Below, piece after piece: positions 11,470 to 21,158 of a stretch of 64,000 bases of DNA. Both the position numbers and the translations under genes were made by a program. Origin of the DNA: an uncultured bacterium (GTDB lineage Bacteria; Schekmanbacteria; GWA2-38-11; J061); assembly GCA_964549305.1 (NCBI GenBank), contig CAZJVM010000001.1:5217-69216 (forward strand), given 5' to 3'. Every line of letters begins with the position of its first letter. The stretch's first letter is position 1. A model generated the notes under the pieces. The model made no database searches. It saw only the letters and a list, made by a program, of their open reading frames with translations, and was not told the DNA's origin.

Positions 11470-13833
11470 TTATATGGACAAATGATGTCCTGATTCCATG
11501 AAGAAATTATTGACGACTTCAGTAAGGTCCAGGATATTGAAAGGTTTGGGCAGACAAGTGCTCTTTGTCTCTTCTATAAATTTTTTTGTTTTTGGGTCAT
11601 AAGTGTCGCCCGTCGTAAAAATCACCTTTTTCTCGATACCGTTTTTCTTGCTCCGCAGGGTGTTATATAGGGTAAATCCGTCGACTCCGGGCATTCTCAG
11701 GTCTGATATTATCAGGTCGTAAGAGTCATTGTTGATTTTATCAAGGGCAGTTTTTCCGTTGTCTGCCGATTCCACTTGATGATTTTTATTCAATATGGAT
11801 ATCATAAGCTCTCTAATCATTGTATCATCGTCGATAACGAGAATTCTTTTCCTGTCATTCGTTTGATCGGTTGTTTCTTTTCTCGGTGTTTTATCTTCTC
11901 CTGCTTCCGGAACTTCCAAGAGGGGTAACTTGATTGTAAATTCAGTTTTGCTGAAAGGTGTGCTTTCCACGTGTATTGTGCCTTTATGGTTGTTGATGAT
12001 GCCGTAACATACGCTCAAGCCGAGCCCGGTGCCGATAGAAGGCTCTTTCGTGGTAAAAAAAGGATCGAAAATTCTCTTCAGGTTCTTTTCCTGTATGCCC
12101 GGTCCGTTATCGCTTATTGTGAGCAGTACGTGTCCGCCCTTATTTACCGAAGTAACGGATATTGTTCCTTCGCTTCCCATCAATGACTGAAAAGCGTTGT
12201 TAATCATATTGATTATTACCTGTTCGACCTGTGTTTCGTCTGCCATTGTGTTTGGCAGGTTATCACACAAGTCGACTGTAAGATTAATGTCACTTGTGTC
12301 AATCTTGTATTTGAAAAGCTTTGTCACTCTTGTAACTATTTCATTTATATTGACTGATTTAAACTGCGGTTTATTATGCCTCGCGAAACCGAGAAGAGAA
12401 TGAATGATATTTTTCGCCCCTTTTGCGCTCAATTCGATTTTTGAAATCATTTCAGACAAGTCGCCGCTTACGTTCATTTCATTAATAATCTGCGCATATC
12501 CTAAAATAGGAGCAAGTTTATTGTTGAGCTCGTGCGTAATTCCGGAAATCATTCCGCCGAGAGACGCGAGTTTCTCAGAATGTAAAAGCTGTTCTTCAAG
12601 CTTCTTTCTTTCGGTTATATCTTTTATAAGAAGGACATTGCCAATAATAGGATTTCCGCTTTTGTCCCGCGGTACGGAGAGGGAAACGAGCACAGGGAAT
12701 GATTTTCCTTTTTTATTCAAAAGGTTTTCTTCAATGCTTCGAATTGTTATATTGTCATCTCCGGACAACCTTTTTCTGAGTAAGCTTGCTTCGTTTCCGT
12801 TGCTTGCCGATGTGTCCGTGTTTTTTCCGTTTCCCTTTTCGGGGAGTATCATAAAAATACTTTTGCCGATAGCTTCAGCAGAGGAGTAACCGAATATATT
12901 TTCTGCTCCCTTATTCCAGTAAATGATTGAATTGTCGGAATTTGCCGTTACAACGGCATCATCGAGACTTTCTATTGTTGATTCTATATAATCGCGCAGA
13001 TAGTCAATAAGCTCGTCTCTTTGTTGTTGAACTGAAATGTCCTTCAGCATCAGGGCAAATCCCTCTACTTCCGCTGACTTGGAATGGATAATCGAAGATC
13101 TCAATTCAACAGGCACAATATCTCCGCTTCGCACTTTTAGCTTGATTTTAACGGGGAGAGAAACCTCTTTTCTTTTTATGAAAAAGAAGTTTTTTGCGAA
13201 TTCTTCAGGGCTGTCGTTTGTAAGAATGCTCAGGTGTTTTCTCAAAATCTCCGCGGGATTGTATCCCGTAAGATTCTTTGAATAATCGTTTGCAAACTGT
13301 ATAACGCCAGAATTGTCTATAATGAGAAAAGCTTCCGGGAATTTAGAGATGATTTCTTCGTACTTGTCAATATGGTATTCGCCGCCTTCCTCTGCCAAAT
13401 CAGCTTTCTTTGATACTGTTTTTTTCTGTTGATGCCTTGATTTTGGAACACTATTAAGCTCTTTGATTTTTTTAATATTCTTGAGGTCAAAACAGATACT
13501 TGTTTTACCGTCTTTTCCAGATGCTTTTTTTGAATAACAGATAAAGTTAAGCTCTACAAGACTGCCGTCTTCGAGCATTCGCTGACTTTGTATGATTTTC
13601 TCTTCATCTGTTTTTAAAATCGAGTTTTTTGCTTCAATGAAATTATTGAATATTTTTTCCGGAATAAGAGGCAGGTAAGAATAGAGAATATCCTCTTTCT
13701 CATAACCGAAGATGCCTTCCGCTAAATCCGACCATCTGGTTACTTTTCCGGAAATGTCGATTTCAAGAAGAAACTTATTATTCTTTAAATTCTTCTCAAT
13801 TTCATTTATTAATGAAGTTTTCATTGGCGTCAA
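11470..13833 (-). CDS. Hybrid sensor histidine kinase (multiple PAS domains, HisKA, HATPase_c, C-terminal receiver)
   Basis: PAS-like repeats come first. The HisKA H-box is ITHELNNKLAPILGYAQI and the HATPase G-boxes are DNGPGI...GTGLGL. The C-terminal receiver carries conserved Asp residues (LVIDDD...ISDLRMPG). Confidence 0.85.
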   Translation of the reverse strand: MTPMKTSLINEIEKNLKNNKFLLEIDISGKVTRWSDLAEGIFGYEKEDILYSYLPLIPEKIFNNFIEAKNSILKTDEEKIIQSQRMLEDGSLVELNFICYSKKASGKDGKTSICFDLKNIKKIKELNSVPKSRHQQKKTVSKKADLAEEGGEYHIDKYEEIISKFPEAFLIIDNSGVIQFANDYSKNLTGYNPAEILRKHLSILTNDSPEEFAKNFFFIKRKEVSLPVKIKLKVRSGDIVPVELRSSIIHSKSAEVEGFALMLKDISVQQQRDELIDYLRDYIESTIESLDDAVVTANSDNSIIYWNKGAENIFGYSSAEAIGKSIFMILPEKGNGKNTDTSASNGNEASLLRKRLSGDDNITIRSIEENLLNKKGKSFPVLVSLSVPRDKSGNPIIGNVLLIKDITERKKLEEQLLHSEKLASLGGMISGITHELNNKLAPILGYAQIINEMNVSGDLSEMISKIELSAKGAKNIIHSLLGFARHNKPQFKSVNINEIVTRVTKLFKYKIDTSDINLTVDLCDNLPNTMADETQVEQVIINMINNAFQSLMGSEGTISVTSVNKGGHVLLTISDNGPGIQEKNLKRIFDPFFTTKEPSIGTGLGLSVCYGIINNHKGTIHVESTPFSKTEFTIKLPLLEVPEAGEDKTPRKETTDQTNDRKRILVIDDDTMIRELMISILNKNHQVESADNGKTALDKINNDSYDLIISDLRMPGVDGFTLYNTLRSKKNGIEKKVIFTTGDTYDPKTKKFIEETKSTCLPKPFNILDLTEVVNNFFMESGHHLSI

Positions 13834-13921
13834 AAGGTTTTAACTTGCTATAATATATATATTTATTTTACTATGTCCAACGAAAAGTAACAAACAATAT
13901 CCATTCACTAATCGGACAATC

Positions 13922-15304
13922 ATGGAAGAAAAAAAGATTTTAGTTGTCGATGACGAAAAAGATATTCTTTCAATGATGTCAAAATTTCTCACCGAAAAGG
14001 GTTATCTCGTTTTTCAGGCGGATTGCCACAAAAAAGCACTCGAAATTGTCAAAAAAGAAGATATAGACCTTGCAATAATAGACCTCGTTATGCCTCAGAC
14101 AAACGGAATTACCGTGTTGAAGGAGCTACACCAGATAAATAGCAGTCTTATCGGTGTGATTGTGACAGGATTTGCTACAATTGATTCGGCAGTGGAGGCA
14201 ATGAAATCAGGCGCTTTTGATTATCTTCAAAAACCCTTCAACCTTGAAGAACTTTTGATGGTCATAAACAAAGCTCTTAAATTCAGAGAGCTTGAAGGGG
14301 AAAATATCTTTCTGAAATCTCAGCTTAAAAGGAAATACAAATTTGACAACTTTGTGGGGTCAAGCGAACCAATGCTTGAAGTTTTTAAAATTATTGAAAC
14401 AGTCGCAAATACTGACAGTACGGTATTGATTTTTGGTGAAAGCGGAACAGGCAAGGAGGTCGTGGCAAAATCCATACATTACAATTCAGGAAGAAGAAAT
14501 AACTATCTCGTACCTGTCAACTGCGGCGCAATTCCCGAAGACTTGCTTGAAACGGAGTTATTCGGACATGTTAAGGGAGCTTTTACCGGAGCCGTAAATA
14601 CGAGAGTCGGTCGTTTTGAGTTCGCTTCGGGAGGAACTATATTTCTTGATGAAATTGGAGATATGTCATTGAGCCTGCAGGTAAAGTTGCTTCGGGTTCT
14701 TCAGGAGAAAGAATTCACACCGGTGGGAGGATCCGCGCCCGTTAAGGTAGATGTGAGAGTGATTGCCGCAACAAATCAGAACCTTGAAAAGGCAGTGGAA
14801 GAGAAAAAATTTCGTGAAGACCTTTTCTACAGACTCAATGTCATCCCCCTGCAACTTCCTCCTTTGCGCGAAAGGAAAAGTGATATACCCCTGCTCGTGG
14901 ATTATTTTATCAGTCAGATGAAAAAAGAGAAAAAGGTGAGAGTCAAAGAGGTGTCAGATGATGTTATGCAAACCTTTATCGATTATGACTGGCCCGGAAA
15001 TGTGAGGGAATTGGAGAACCTCATAGAGAGAATGATGATATTTAGCGGAGACAAAGACCGTCTCACGGCAATTGATTTACCCGATAAATTCAAAAAAAGA
15101 AAAACCAAATCCCGTTCCTACCAAATTAGGCTTCCACTGGACGGACTTCCCCTAAAAAATGTCATCGGGCAAATAGAAGACGACCTTATTGTGCAGGCAT
15201 TGGAAAGGACTGGAGGTGTCAAGGAAAAGGCGGCAAAACTTTTAAAACTCAACCGCACCACGCTTGTCCAGAAAATAAAAAAAAGAAAAATCTCCGGCGG
15301 TTAA
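13922..15304 (+). CDS. Sigma-54-dependent two-component response regulator (NtrC family: REC + AAA+ + Fis-type HTH)
   Basis: Receiver domain ([10 protein letters not shown]...IDLVMP). AAA+ Walker A (GESGTGKE) and the sigma-54 contact motif GAFTGA ([10 protein letters not shown]). C-terminal HTH ([21 protein letters not shown]). Confidence 0.9.
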   Translation: MEEKKILVVDDEKDILSMMSKFLTEKGYLVFQADCHKKALEIVKKEDIDLAIIDLVMPQTNGITVLKELHQINSSLIGVIVTGFATIDSAVEAMKSGAFDYLQKPFNLEELLMVINKALKFRELEGENIFLKSQLKRKYKFDNFVGSSEPMLEVFKIIETVANTDSTVLIFGESGTGKEVVAKSIHYNSGRRNNYLVPVNCGAIPEDLLETELFGHVKGAFTGAVNTRVGRFEFASGGTIFLDEIGDMSLSLQVKLLRVLQEKEFTPVGGSAPVKVDVRVIAATNQNLEKAVEEKKFREDLFYRLNVIPLQLPPLRERKSDIPLLVDYFISQMKKEKKVRVKEVSDDVMQTFIDYDWPGNVRELENLIERMMIFSGDKDRLTAIDLPDKFKKRKTKSRSYQIRLPLDGLPLKNVIGQIEDDLIVQALERTGGVKEKAAKLLKLNRTTLVQKIKKRKISGG

Positions 15305-15492
15305 TATTCTTTTTTGAGTGCTCGTTTAATCCCTGAGCGTTAAAAAAATAACGCTTTCCATTTGAAACGGCAAAAAATTGCCTGTCTATGAGCATATAAT
15401 TCCTCTTGAAGTAGAAAAATACTTTTCTCTATAAAATTTATCTCATTGATTAATAAGAGAAAAATAAAATTTAGATATATTCCCCGCGTCTA

Positions 15493-15508
15493 TGGCATAT
15501 TTCTTGCT
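15493..15508 (+). promoter_or_regulatory. Candidate sigma-54 (-24/-12) promoter upstream of flhG-fliA
   Basis: TGGCATatttcTTGCT matches TGGCAC-N5-TTGCW, with GG and GC at canonical spacing. It lies about 37 nt upstream of the flhG start and immediately downstream of a sigma-54 activator gene. Confidence 0.5.
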
Positions 15509-15544
15509 TAATTCCTGAGAAAAACTTCTTTAACGGAAAAAATT

Positions 15545-16390
15545 TTGCTTAAAAATATGCCATCAAAAAAGATAATCAGTATTACAAGCGGAAAAGGAGG
15601 AGTCGGGAAAAGTACGCTTGTTTTTAACATTGCGTTGTCACTTAATAAACAGGGCGCCAATGTACTTGTTCTTGACGCGGATCTTTCCCTTGGAAATATG
15701 GACCTCTTTGCAGGAGTTAAACCTCTTTTTACGCTAAAAGATGTTTTTGATGGAAACAGAAGTCTTGATGATGTGGTAATAGAGGTTAAAAAGGGGTTGA
15801 AAATTATCCCCACTTCCTCCGGAGATGAAACACTTTGCAATCTTTCGGACAAGCAGGAGATAAATCTTGTTTCCGCTTTTGATAACCTGAAATCATCCTT
15901 TGATATTCTTCTCATAGATACGGATGCGGGTATCTCCGCAAATGTAATATATTTTTCGACAATATCTCAGGAAATTGTTCTTGTCATAACTCCTGATCCG
16001 GCATCGCTTCATGATTCTCTCGCGCTGATTAACCTTCTTTCGAATAAGTACGGAGAAAAATCTTTTAATGTCGTTGTTAACTGTGTGCGCACCAAAGAGG
16101 AGATGGGAAGCGTTTTTTCATCTTTCAGCAATATGGTGGACAAGGAAAACTGCAACGTGCGCCTGAACTATATGGGGGCTGTTCATTTTGACAATAAAAT
16201 GGTCGAGGCCGTCAAAAAACAATCGGCGGTGAGTGAGCTTTATCCCAAGTCCTTGTCGTCAAAAGATATTAAAAAAATCGCCGCAACGATAATGGCAATG
16301 CCTTCACAACCATTTCCAAAGGGAAATGTGCAGATTTTACTCGGAGATTTTTTGGAGCAAAGCAGAAACAAGGAAAAATATAACCTTTAA
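15545..16390 (+). CDS. flhG: MinD/ParA-family ATPase, FlhG (FleN)-like flagellar number regulator
   Basis: Deviant Walker A (SGKGGVGKST). A MinD-like protein immediately upstream of fliA, as in flhF-flhG-fliA loci. Confidence 0.7.
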   Translation: MLKNMPSKKIISITSGKGGVGKSTLVFNIALSLNKQGANVLVLDADLSLGNMDLFAGVKPLFTLKDVFDGNRSLDDVVIEVKKGLKIIPTSSGDETLCNLSDKQEINLVSAFDNLKSSFDILLIDTDAGISANVIYFSTISQEIVLVITPDPASLHDSLALINLLSNKYGEKSFNVVVNCVRTKEEMGSVFSSFSNMVDKENCNVRLNYMGAVHFDNKMVEAVKKQSAVSELYPKSLSSKDIKKIAATIMAMPSQPFPKGNVQILLGDFLEQSRNKEKYNL

Positions 16391-16405
16391 AAAGGGTATG
16401 GTACA

Positions 16406-17218
16406 ATGAAAAAAGTTATTTTAAAAAGGAAGTCGCGACGCAAAACGCTTAACAGTAAATTAGTAAACAGAGAAGAATTAATCGTTCAGTATTTGCCGCT
16501 AACGCGCTCGATTGCGGAAAGAATATCCACGAGACTCCCTAATAATGTTGAAATCGACGAGCTTGTTGCAGCCGGCATAATGGGATTGATGGATGCGGCA
16601 GACAAGTTTGACCCTTCCAAGCAGATTAAATTCAAAACATACGCCGAATTCAGGATAAGGGGCGCCATACTTGACGAACTGCGCGCGATGGACTGGCTTC
16701 CCAGGTCCCTGAGAAGAAAAACTTCCCAAATTGACAATGCCCGTTTCACTTTAGAACAGCAATTGGGGAGACACGCTACGGATAAAGAGGTCGCGGAGCA
16801 TATGAACATAGACATCGAAGAATTATATGATATGATAAACAGCGTAAAAGGAAAATCTCTTCTTTCTCTGGATGAACCGATAGACGGAGATTCAAAAAGC
16901 AGAACACTTCTTGAATGCCTTGTAAGCAAAGATTCTCAGGACCCGCATTCACTTGCAAGCTTAAAAGAAATGAAGGAGATGATAGCAAAGGCAATTGACC
17001 TTCTTCCGGAAAAGGAAAGGCTTGTAATTTCGCTTTACTACTATGAAGAACTGACTATGAAAGAAATAGGGCAGATTATGAATGTTACGGAGTCAAGAGT
17101 GTCACAGATTCACACAAAAGCCGCGATGTCGCTAAAATCGAAGCTTAAAAAAGTATCAAAAGAAAAATCGGTTCCTTCTTTTAAAACAACTGAATCCGCT
17201 TTCGGGAATTCAATATAA
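16406..17218 (+). CDS. fliA: RNA polymerase sigma factor sigma-28 (FliA/WhiG family)
   Basis: Sigma-70 region 2 (YAEFRIRGAILDELR), region 3 and region 4 (ISLYYYEELTMKEIGQIMNVTESRVSQIH) are present. Length is 270 aa. Confidence 0.85.
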   Translation: MKKVILKRKSRRKTLNSKLVNREELIVQYLPLTRSIAERISTRLPNNVEIDELVAAGIMGLMDAADKFDPSKQIKFKTYAEFRIRGAILDELRAMDWLPRSLRRKTSQIDNARFTLEQQLGRHATDKEVAEHMNIDIEELYDMINSVKGKSLLSLDEPIDGDSKSRTLLECLVSKDSQDPHSLASLKEMKEMIAKAIDLLPEKERLVISLYYYEELTMKEIGQIMNVTESRVSQIHTKAAMSLKSKLKKVSKEKSVPSFKTTESAFGNSI

Positions 17219-17224
17219 CAGATT

Positions 17225-17914
17225 ATGAGCGAACAAGATAAAAAAAAGGACATCCTTTTAAACATTCATCATACCTTTCTTTTGGGAAAAATCACAGGAG
17301 ATTTATTCCACGAAATCAATAATATGGTGGGGGCGTCAATTGGTTTTGCGCAACTTGCAAAAATGAGTATGGGCGAAGATGATGTGAATAAACTCATCGA
17401 TGTTGTTTTAAACTCCACGGAAAAAATCAAGGAAATAAGCAAATCCGCGCAGACCTACCTCAGTTATTCAAACAATAACGGGTCGCTTGTGGATATTTCA
17501 GATGTACTCTGCCACTGCGTTACATTGTCAAGAAAAAGCCTGATAAAACGGGGAATTAAAATATCTGATTGTGACAAAAAACTCATAGCTTTTCAAACCG
17601 ATGTAAGGACCTTGAAGCATGCCATTTTAAGTTTTATTTCCTTCATTACGGAGAATAACGAAATCGGCGGCACTCTTGATTTGAAAGCGGAAAAAATTAA
17701 TGAAACCCAGGTTAAGATTGAATTTTTTAAAGATGATTTATGCGTTGAAAAAATTAATGAAATTATACGCGATTTTGACAACCTGGATTTTATGGAAAAT
17801 TTGGAAAATGACTGTTATATGGCATTGTATTTGATTCAAAAAGTATTGGGCGCTTCCACGGAAATTTCAAAGTCAACCTTTTCATTTATCATTGACGAAA
17901 TCGTTTCCCAATAG
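17225..17914 (+). CDS. Degenerate histidine-kinase-like protein (HisKA-like H-box, ATP-binding boxes eroded); hypothetical regulator
   Basis: H-box-like segment (FHEINNMVGASIGFAQLA) and a partial N-box-like stretch (LKHAILSFISFITENN). No DxGxG or GxGxG G-boxes. It sits between fliA and flgM, 6 nt after the fliA stop. Confidence 0.45.
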   Translation: MSEQDKKKDILLNIHHTFLLGKITGDLFHEINNMVGASIGFAQLAKMSMGEDDVNKLIDVVLNSTEKIKEISKSAQTYLSYSNNNGSLVDISDVLCHCVTLSRKSLIKRGIKISDCDKKLIAFQTDVRTLKHAILSFISFITENNEIGGTLDLKAEKINETQVKIEFFKDDLCVEKINEIIRDFDNLDFMENLENDCYMALYLIQKVLGASTEISKSTFSFIIDEIVSQ

Positions 17915-18082
17915 AACCTTTCTTTTTCATTCCCTTATGTTTACTGTTTTGCGATATCCTTATAAATCAAAAGCGTAGCTGAACGCGTCGAGTCACTATG
18001 TCAACGGGATGTTATTCCGTCTAAAGTAGCAGCAAAAATATGACGAGGAATAGCTATTCTTTAAAGAGGTAAATCCTTAAAA

Positions 18083-18310
18083 ATGAAAAAGAATAGAGAT
18101 TCCCTCGAAGCAGTTAAGAAAATGCTTCCCTTTGTTGAAAACGACAGAGAAAGAGAAGAAAGAGTCCTGTATATTAAAAGTCTTGTTGAGAAAGGTAAAT
18201 ACAAATCCAATTCCGGTAAAATTGCCCAAAAAGTTATAAATGACCAGCTTGTTGATGAATATATGATGTTTTTACCCATCCTTATGTATCTCGCAAAAGA
18301 ATGTAAATAA
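18083..18310 (+). CDS. flgM: Anti-sigma-28 factor FlgM-like
   Basis: 75 aa. The C-terminal segment IKSLVEKGKYKSNSGKIAQKVINDQL matches the conserved FlgM sigma-28-binding helix (consensus roughly AIxxGxYxVDxxKIAdKLL). It is adjacent to fliA. Confidence 0.55.
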   Translation: MKKNRDSLEAVKKMLPFVENDREREERVLYIKSLVEKGKYKSNSGKIAQKVINDQLVDEYMMFLPILMYLAKECK

Positions 18311-18370
18311 TCGTTAACCAATCATTTGTGATTTATCAATCTTCCATTTGCAGTTTATTTAAAATCAAAG

Positions 18371-18386
18371 TATTTGCGGGCAAATA
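18371..18386. promoter_or_regulatory. Perfect palindrome TATTTGC-GG-GCAAATA downstream of flgM and upstream of gshA
   Basis: 7-bp inverted arms were seen directly. It could be an operator or a weak stem-loop. No U-tract follows. Confidence 0.25.
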
Positions 18387-18487
18387 CCCCCCTCTGTGAT
18401 TAAAATCCTTGATTTGAACACCAGGAAAAATATATAAGAATTTTAAACATTCATTAATAAAATATACTTTAATAAATTGGGACCATC

Positions 18488-19738
18488 GTGGATTTCATCA
18501 AGGATTTATACAGGATAATTACCGAGCACTCGTCTGATATTAATAAATGGGTTGATGAGGTTTCTCAGGAGAAGTACATCTCCGTGTACTCATCGCACGA
18601 TATCAGAAACAGCGGTTTCAAATCTTCCGCAGTTGACGCGAATGCCTTCCCCGGAGGATTTAGCAACCTCTGTGAAAACAGCATTTCCATATGTTCCCGT
18701 GCCCTTAAAAACTATATTGATGAACACTATGAGGGGACCCGGAATATTATTCTGCTTGTAGAAGAACAAACCCGCAATCCCTATTACCTTGAAAATGCCC
18801 ATGTGCTGAGAAGGATTATAGAAAACGCGGGATTTAACGCGGTTTGCGCGATTCTCGGTGATGAAAAAATAGAAGCGAAGACAGCATCAGGGAAGAAAAT
18901 TGAATTGTTTCCGTCAGTTGCTGATTCAGGCAAATTGTCGGCAGGAGATATAACCCCTGATATTATCATAAGCAATAATGATTTTTCCTCAGGTGAACCA
19001 ACAAAGATAATAAATATTTCCCAACCGATTCTTCCTTTGCCTGAGATGGGATGGTATAGGAGAAGAAAAAGCCAGCATTTTGAAATATATTGCCATCTGG
19101 TAAATCAATTAGGGAAAAAATATTCATTTGACCCGTGGTTACTTTCAGGTTTTTTTGATATTCACGATGATATTGATTTCGCGAAAAAAAAGGGATTTGA
19201 AGAAGCAGGGACAAAAATTGATTCGGTTCTAAAAGATATACAGAAGAAATATAATGAATATGGTATAAAAGATAAACCCTTTGTTTTTGTTAAGAATAAT
19301 TCAGGGACATACGGTATGGCGGTTATGACAGTCGATTCAGGAGAATCTTTCGTATCCATGAACCGCACTACGCGAAATAAGATGTCATACAGCAAAAATA
19401 AAGTCAAAGTTTCAAGCATTATAATTCAGGAAGGAATACCTACTACTGATATGCTTGACGGGAAAGTGGCAGAACCGCTTTTTTATTTTATAGGAAAGAA
19501 TCCCGTAGGAGGTTTTTTCCGTTTTCATTCATCCCGAAGCACTAAGCAGAATCTCAATGTGGTGGGAATGAGTTTTGCCTATGACAGTCTTTGTCCCGAG
19601 GAAACAGGATATTTTTCCGTATCGGGAAAATCAAATGTCACTCTGGAGAAGATTAAAGTATATGAATTTATGGGAATTCTTTCCACTTTGGCTCAATCAA
19701 TTGAAACACAAAAAATCGTGAATAATGGGAAACAATAA
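18488..19738 (+). CDS. gshA: Putative glutamate--cysteine ligase of the rare 'T. ferrooxidans-type' GshA family
   Basis: ~416 aa protein whose stop overlaps the start of a clear gshB by 14 nt. Size and gshB-adjacency match the rare GshA family described from Thiobacillus ferrooxidans, which is typically found next to gshB. The family assignment is recalled from memory, not an alignment I can run. Confidence 0.45.
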   Translation: MDFIKDLYRIITEHSSDINKWVDEVSQEKYISVYSSHDIRNSGFKSSAVDANAFPGGFSNLCENSISICSRALKNYIDEHYEGTRNIILLVEEQTRNPYYLENAHVLRRIIENAGFNAVCAILGDEKIEAKTASGKKIELFPSVADSGKLSAGDITPDIIISNNDFSSGEPTKIINISQPILPLPEMGWYRRRKSQHFEIYCHLVNQLGKKYSFDPWLLSGFFDIHDDIDFAKKKGFEEAGTKIDSVLKDIQKKYNEYGIKDKPFVFVKNNSGTYGMAVMTVDSGESFVSMNRTTRNKMSYSKNKVKVSSIIIQEGIPTTDMLDGKVAEPLFYFIGKNPVGGFFRFHSSRSTKQNLNVVGMSFAYDSLCPEETGYFSVSGKSNVTLEKIKVYEFMGILSTLAQSIETQKIVNNGKQ

Positions 19739-20690
19739 ATTAAGAATCGGAATTATTCTGGATTTCGTCGAATGTCTCGATGTTTTGGACGACACATCCC
19801 TTCTGCTTTTCAATGAGCTAAAGAAAAGAGGTCATGAAGTGTTCTATATTCATCCCGGAGATATATATTCCGTTGACGGAACTCTTATGGCTAAACTCTC
19901 TTATGCAGAATATGACGGTAATTTCGAAATCAAATCTGCAAAGATAACCCACGAAAAGGCAGAGACACTTGATGCCATACTTGTCAGAATCGAACCACCC
20001 TATGATATTAACTACATTTTCCTGAATCAGCTTCTTGATTTGGTGAAAGACAGAGTGTTCATTTTTAACGCGCCGGGAGGACTAAGGGAAGTATCGGAAA
20101 AACTTTTTATTCTCAATTTTCCAGATTATATTCCCAAAACGATTGTCTCAAAAGATATACTAAGATTGAAACATTTTGTCCTTTCAAATAAAAAAACCAT
20201 AATAAAGCAGTTGGACTTATTCGCAAGCAAGAATCTGTTTACGTTAACGTCAGAAACTAAAGAACCGCATCATTATCTTAAAGACGCAACCGCTAATGGG
20301 ATAAAGTATGTAATGGCCCAAAGATACATTGATTCTGTCCACGACGAAGGAGATAAGAGAATAGTTTTCCTGAACGGCAAAATATTGGGATGTTACAGGC
20401 GTGTTCCCGGAAAAGGCGATTTTAGAAGCGATCCGGATTTCGGAGGGAAAAACAGAAGCACAACGCTCACCGAAAAGGAAAGTGAAGTCTGTCTTCATGT
20501 AGCTGATGAATCATTGAAAAAAGGAATCTATCTCGGCGGCATCGATATGATAGGCGGTTACCTTACGGAAATAAATATAACTTGTCCCGCGGGAATTATC
20601 GCTCTTAATGAAATTTATAACGTGAAACTTCACGAAGATATTGCAACTTTTATCGAGTATAAGTGCGACAGTATGCCCGGGTTAAAATGA
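19725..20690 (+). CDS. gshB: Glutathione synthetase (prokaryotic ATP-grasp type)
   Basis: Alignable to E. coli GshB throughout: N-terminal LRIGIILD...GHEVFYIHPGDIY, then DGDKRIVFLNGKILGCYRRVPGKGDFRSD...GGIDMIGGYLTEINITCP. Confidence 0.85.
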   Translation: MGNNKLRIGIILDFVECLDVLDDTSLLLFNELKKRGHEVFYIHPGDIYSVDGTLMAKLSYAEYDGNFEIKSAKITHEKAETLDAILVRIEPPYDINYIFLNQLLDLVKDRVFIFNAPGGLREVSEKLFILNFPDYIPKTIVSKDILRLKHFVLSNKKTIIKQLDLFASKNLFTLTSETKEPHHYLKDATANGIKYVMAQRYIDSVHDEGDKRIVFLNGKILGCYRRVPGKGDFRSDPDFGGKNRSTTLTEKESEVCLHVADESLKKGIYLGGIDMIGGYLTEINITCPAGIIALNEIYNVKLHEDIATFIEYKCDSMPGLK

Positions 20691-20733
20691 ATGTAGGGGC
20701 GAATTCAGGTGACTATTTTTAACAATGCGAAAT

Positions 20734-20750
20734 ATGCACCAAAATGGTGC
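20734..20750. promoter_or_regulatory. Perfect palindrome TGCACCA-AAA-TGGTGCA upstream of the zinc-ribbon gene
   Basis: 7-bp inverted arms, about 95 nt upstream of the ORF at 20844 (about 130 nt upstream of the alternative Met). Confidence 0.3.
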
Positions 20751-20843
20751 AAAGAGGTAAAAGTACTTAAATGGCATTATGTTATTTATAGTTATTAATA
20801 GATTATCCACAGGGTTTTCCAAGTACCTCTGGAAAACTTTTAA

Positions 20844-21158
20844 ATGAATTACGCGGGAGGTATTCTTTTTATGAATGTTCAGTGCCATTTTTGTAAAAAG
20901 AAAATTTCAGTCGAAGGCAGAGTGTCAAGGAGTGAAACCTGTCCGGAATGTGGTTATGATATCCACTGCTGTATGAACTGCCGTTTTTACGATGAGTCAA
21001 AACATAATAAATGCAGTGACCCTCAGGCAGAGTGGGTATCAGACAGGGAGAGGCGGAACTACTGCGATTATTTTGAAATCAATCCTGCATCAGAGGGAGC
21101 GGATAAAGGCGAAAAGGAAAATGCGCGGGAAAAAGCGGAATCGCTTTTTAAAAAATAG
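20844..21158 (+). CDS. Small cysteine-rich zinc-ribbon protein, hypothetical
   Basis: Three CxxC pairs (CHFCKK, CPECGY, CMNCRF) plus CDYF, then an acidic/lysine-rich tail. The start may be the internal Met (MNVQCHFC). Confidence 0.4.
   Translation: MNYAGGILFMNVQCHFCKKKISVEGRVSRSETCPECGYDIHCCMNCRFYDESKHNKCSDPQAEWVSDRERRNYCDYFEINPASEGADKGEKENAREKAESLFKK

Noticed and set aside
17915-18082. Sigma-28 promoter (TAAA-N15-GCCGATAA) upstream of flgM
   Set aside because: Only a weak resemblance was found (TAAAG-N15-tgaCGAgg). This is not convincing without a position weight matrix.
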